A program made the position numbers and the translations under genes. From Epiperipatus broadwayi (taxonomy: Eukaryota; Animalia; Onychophora), in assembly GCA_028023455.1 (NCBI GenBank), contig JAQFVV010000007.1, positions 5,518,001-5,582,000 of the forward strand: a stretch of DNA of 64,000 nucleotides. Direction: 5' to 3'. The notes under the pieces were generated by a model that saw only the letters and a list, made by a program, of their open reading frames with translations, had not been told where the DNA came from and ran no database searches. Below, piece after piece: positions 62,206 to 64,000 of the stretch (its first letter is position 1; every line of letters begins with the position of its first letter).

Positions 62206-64000
62206 GATATACCCTAAAAATCTTTATTATAAGAGTCCAAATAATTTAAGAATATTTGAATAACAAGTTTTAATATAAAAAATAGCTTAAGTCTTAGTTT
62301 TAAATTTTGCTAATTGAATAAAATATTTAATAGCAAATTTTGATAAATTATTCTATTAGTTTCAATTTTAGGTACAAATTTTTAATTTTTTTTTCTTTTC
62401 AAATGAAAAATAACATGCTCTATGGGTATAAAATTTAACAATAATAATATAAGAAAAATCCTAAATTTGCTTGGACTTTTAAAAAATTTTGAAGTTTTAT
62501 TAACCTTGGGATATATTCATCATAAATGGAGCTGGCAAGCAATAAAGAAAATATACAAATGTTTAAGGTAACAATACTGACAAAAAAATAAGTCATTGGA
62601 ATAAAAAAAATTAAGCTGAATATTGTTAAAAATGAAGAATGGTAACTCTTATAATGCATTTATGAAAATGTAAAATACTTTAAAAGATACAGAGATGGCT
62701 TTTTCATTTTATTCTTCAGGTACAGTTATATATTCAATGTATAAATACATAATACATTAGTGCTTAGAATCAAAGAGATACAAACTTAATGGTCATATAA
62801 TGAGTGATAGTGCTTAAGATTAGAAAAGTAGTTGTAATATATGTAGATCAATAAGAACAATCTTTTCATTATTTAGGCACTTCATTGTGTATTACTGACT
62901 TGAAAAAAGTATATATATATTCAGATAGGAGATATAGAATTCTATGTGCAAAAAAAGATATATAATAAAATTATATTTGGTTTATTCAAAATATATATAA
63001 TGGTAACAATTACATTTTAATATATGGGATTAGAAAAACTGACAACTTCAATGTGAATGTAGGATTACATCATAATTATTATTTAGTATTTTAAGAAATA
63101 ATGATCTTCGTGGACAATGCTGTATAAAAATTAGTGCTCTGATCTGGATATCATAATAAAATAGAAATAAATAGTATTAGAGAATAAAGGAATAAAATAA
63201 AACCGAGATGAAATATTTGTGTCATGAAAAGTTTCCAGCAAGAACCTTTTAAACTTAACCTTAGATCATCCAATTTACATAGATAAGGAGCAACTATTCG
63301 ATTGCAATGGATATATGTTGTAACATAACATGAAAAGACTGAAATATACTGATGAGGAGAAAACTAAAAATGACATCAGTTTAGGATATGATTCTTATAA
63401 GCTTAATATGTTCAATCATGGGATGAGAAGGTAAAGGACAATATGGATAAAAGAGTATTTTGTTACAAAAAATATATAAATGGAAAAGATAATTCTGGAA
63501 TAATGTAGCAGAATATGCCACTGATTAATGGACATGAGTTAGTAAAAAGTTATTTTATATTATAAGAGTATATACAGACAGAATCCAGATTAGTGACCCT
63601 ATAACTGAAAAGAATTAAAAGCTAAAGAAGAAAGTGGACAGCATAAATAAGTGTTATTAAGGAAAATAATTAAATATTGCCACTTGGGTCATAATACTCC
63701 ATTTTTAAAACTTGCCTTTATTCAAGGCATCACCTTGTATGGTTTGAAGAAGTATTGAATGGTAGACTCTTAAGATGCATCTATCTTGATCCAGCGCTGT
63801 TATTCCTGACTATCAAACTTCTTATGCAGTTCTGAGCAGTAAATCATTTGGTTATTTTTTTATTCAGATGTTTTATTACAAAACGCATTTTTATTGGTAT
63901 GTTATTTTTTTTGAATCGTTTTATTTATTTATTTTAATGTTACATATATATTTTTAATCTTTTATTTATTAATAATATATTCTTTTCAAATCCTGTATTA

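Noticed and set aside
17850-63370. Other CTGATGA occurrences (e.g. ~16064, ~17855, ~23137, ~43780, ~63349) as hammerheads
   Set aside because: No correctly spaced helix II plus GAAA plus NUH plus helix I.
44232-63840. Further small exon candidates (~44232-44271 minus, ~45000-45110 minus, ~49750-49800 minus, ~50175-50260 plus, ~63727-63835 plus)
   Set aside because: They have splice-like signals or short open frames but no recognisable product and no consistent gene model.

Overview
Strongly AT-rich, CpG-depleted eukaryotic (animal, probably invertebrate) genomic DNA. It is not prokaryotic: most ORFs in the supplied track are transposon fragments or spurious. Only one host coding exon is firmly recognisable, the terminal exon of an M13/neprilysin-family metallopeptidase (10664-10763, +). 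There are several CpG-retaining promoter-like zones and some weak exon candidates. The rest is largely transposon-derived: RTE LINEs (one near full-length with an 11-bp TSD), L1/Tx1-like LINEs, CR1-like LINEs, a Ty3/Gypsy remnant, a decayed mariner and a tRNA-derived short insertion. The most interesting signal is a set of short non-coding repeats absent from the ORF track. At least two independent families (here A and B; 6 and 5 loci) carry a minimal type-I hammerhead ribozyme with a palindromic helix III, and many copies are inserted as head-to-head fold-back palindromes, several with 9-15 bp target-site duplications. Family A has a ~440-bp unit that runs round in tandem. Two further fold-backs share a hammerhead-like core. 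These look like retrozyme-like or non-autonomous Penelope-related elements. No autonomous partner is visible in the window. All alignments were done by eye and TE boundaries are approximate.
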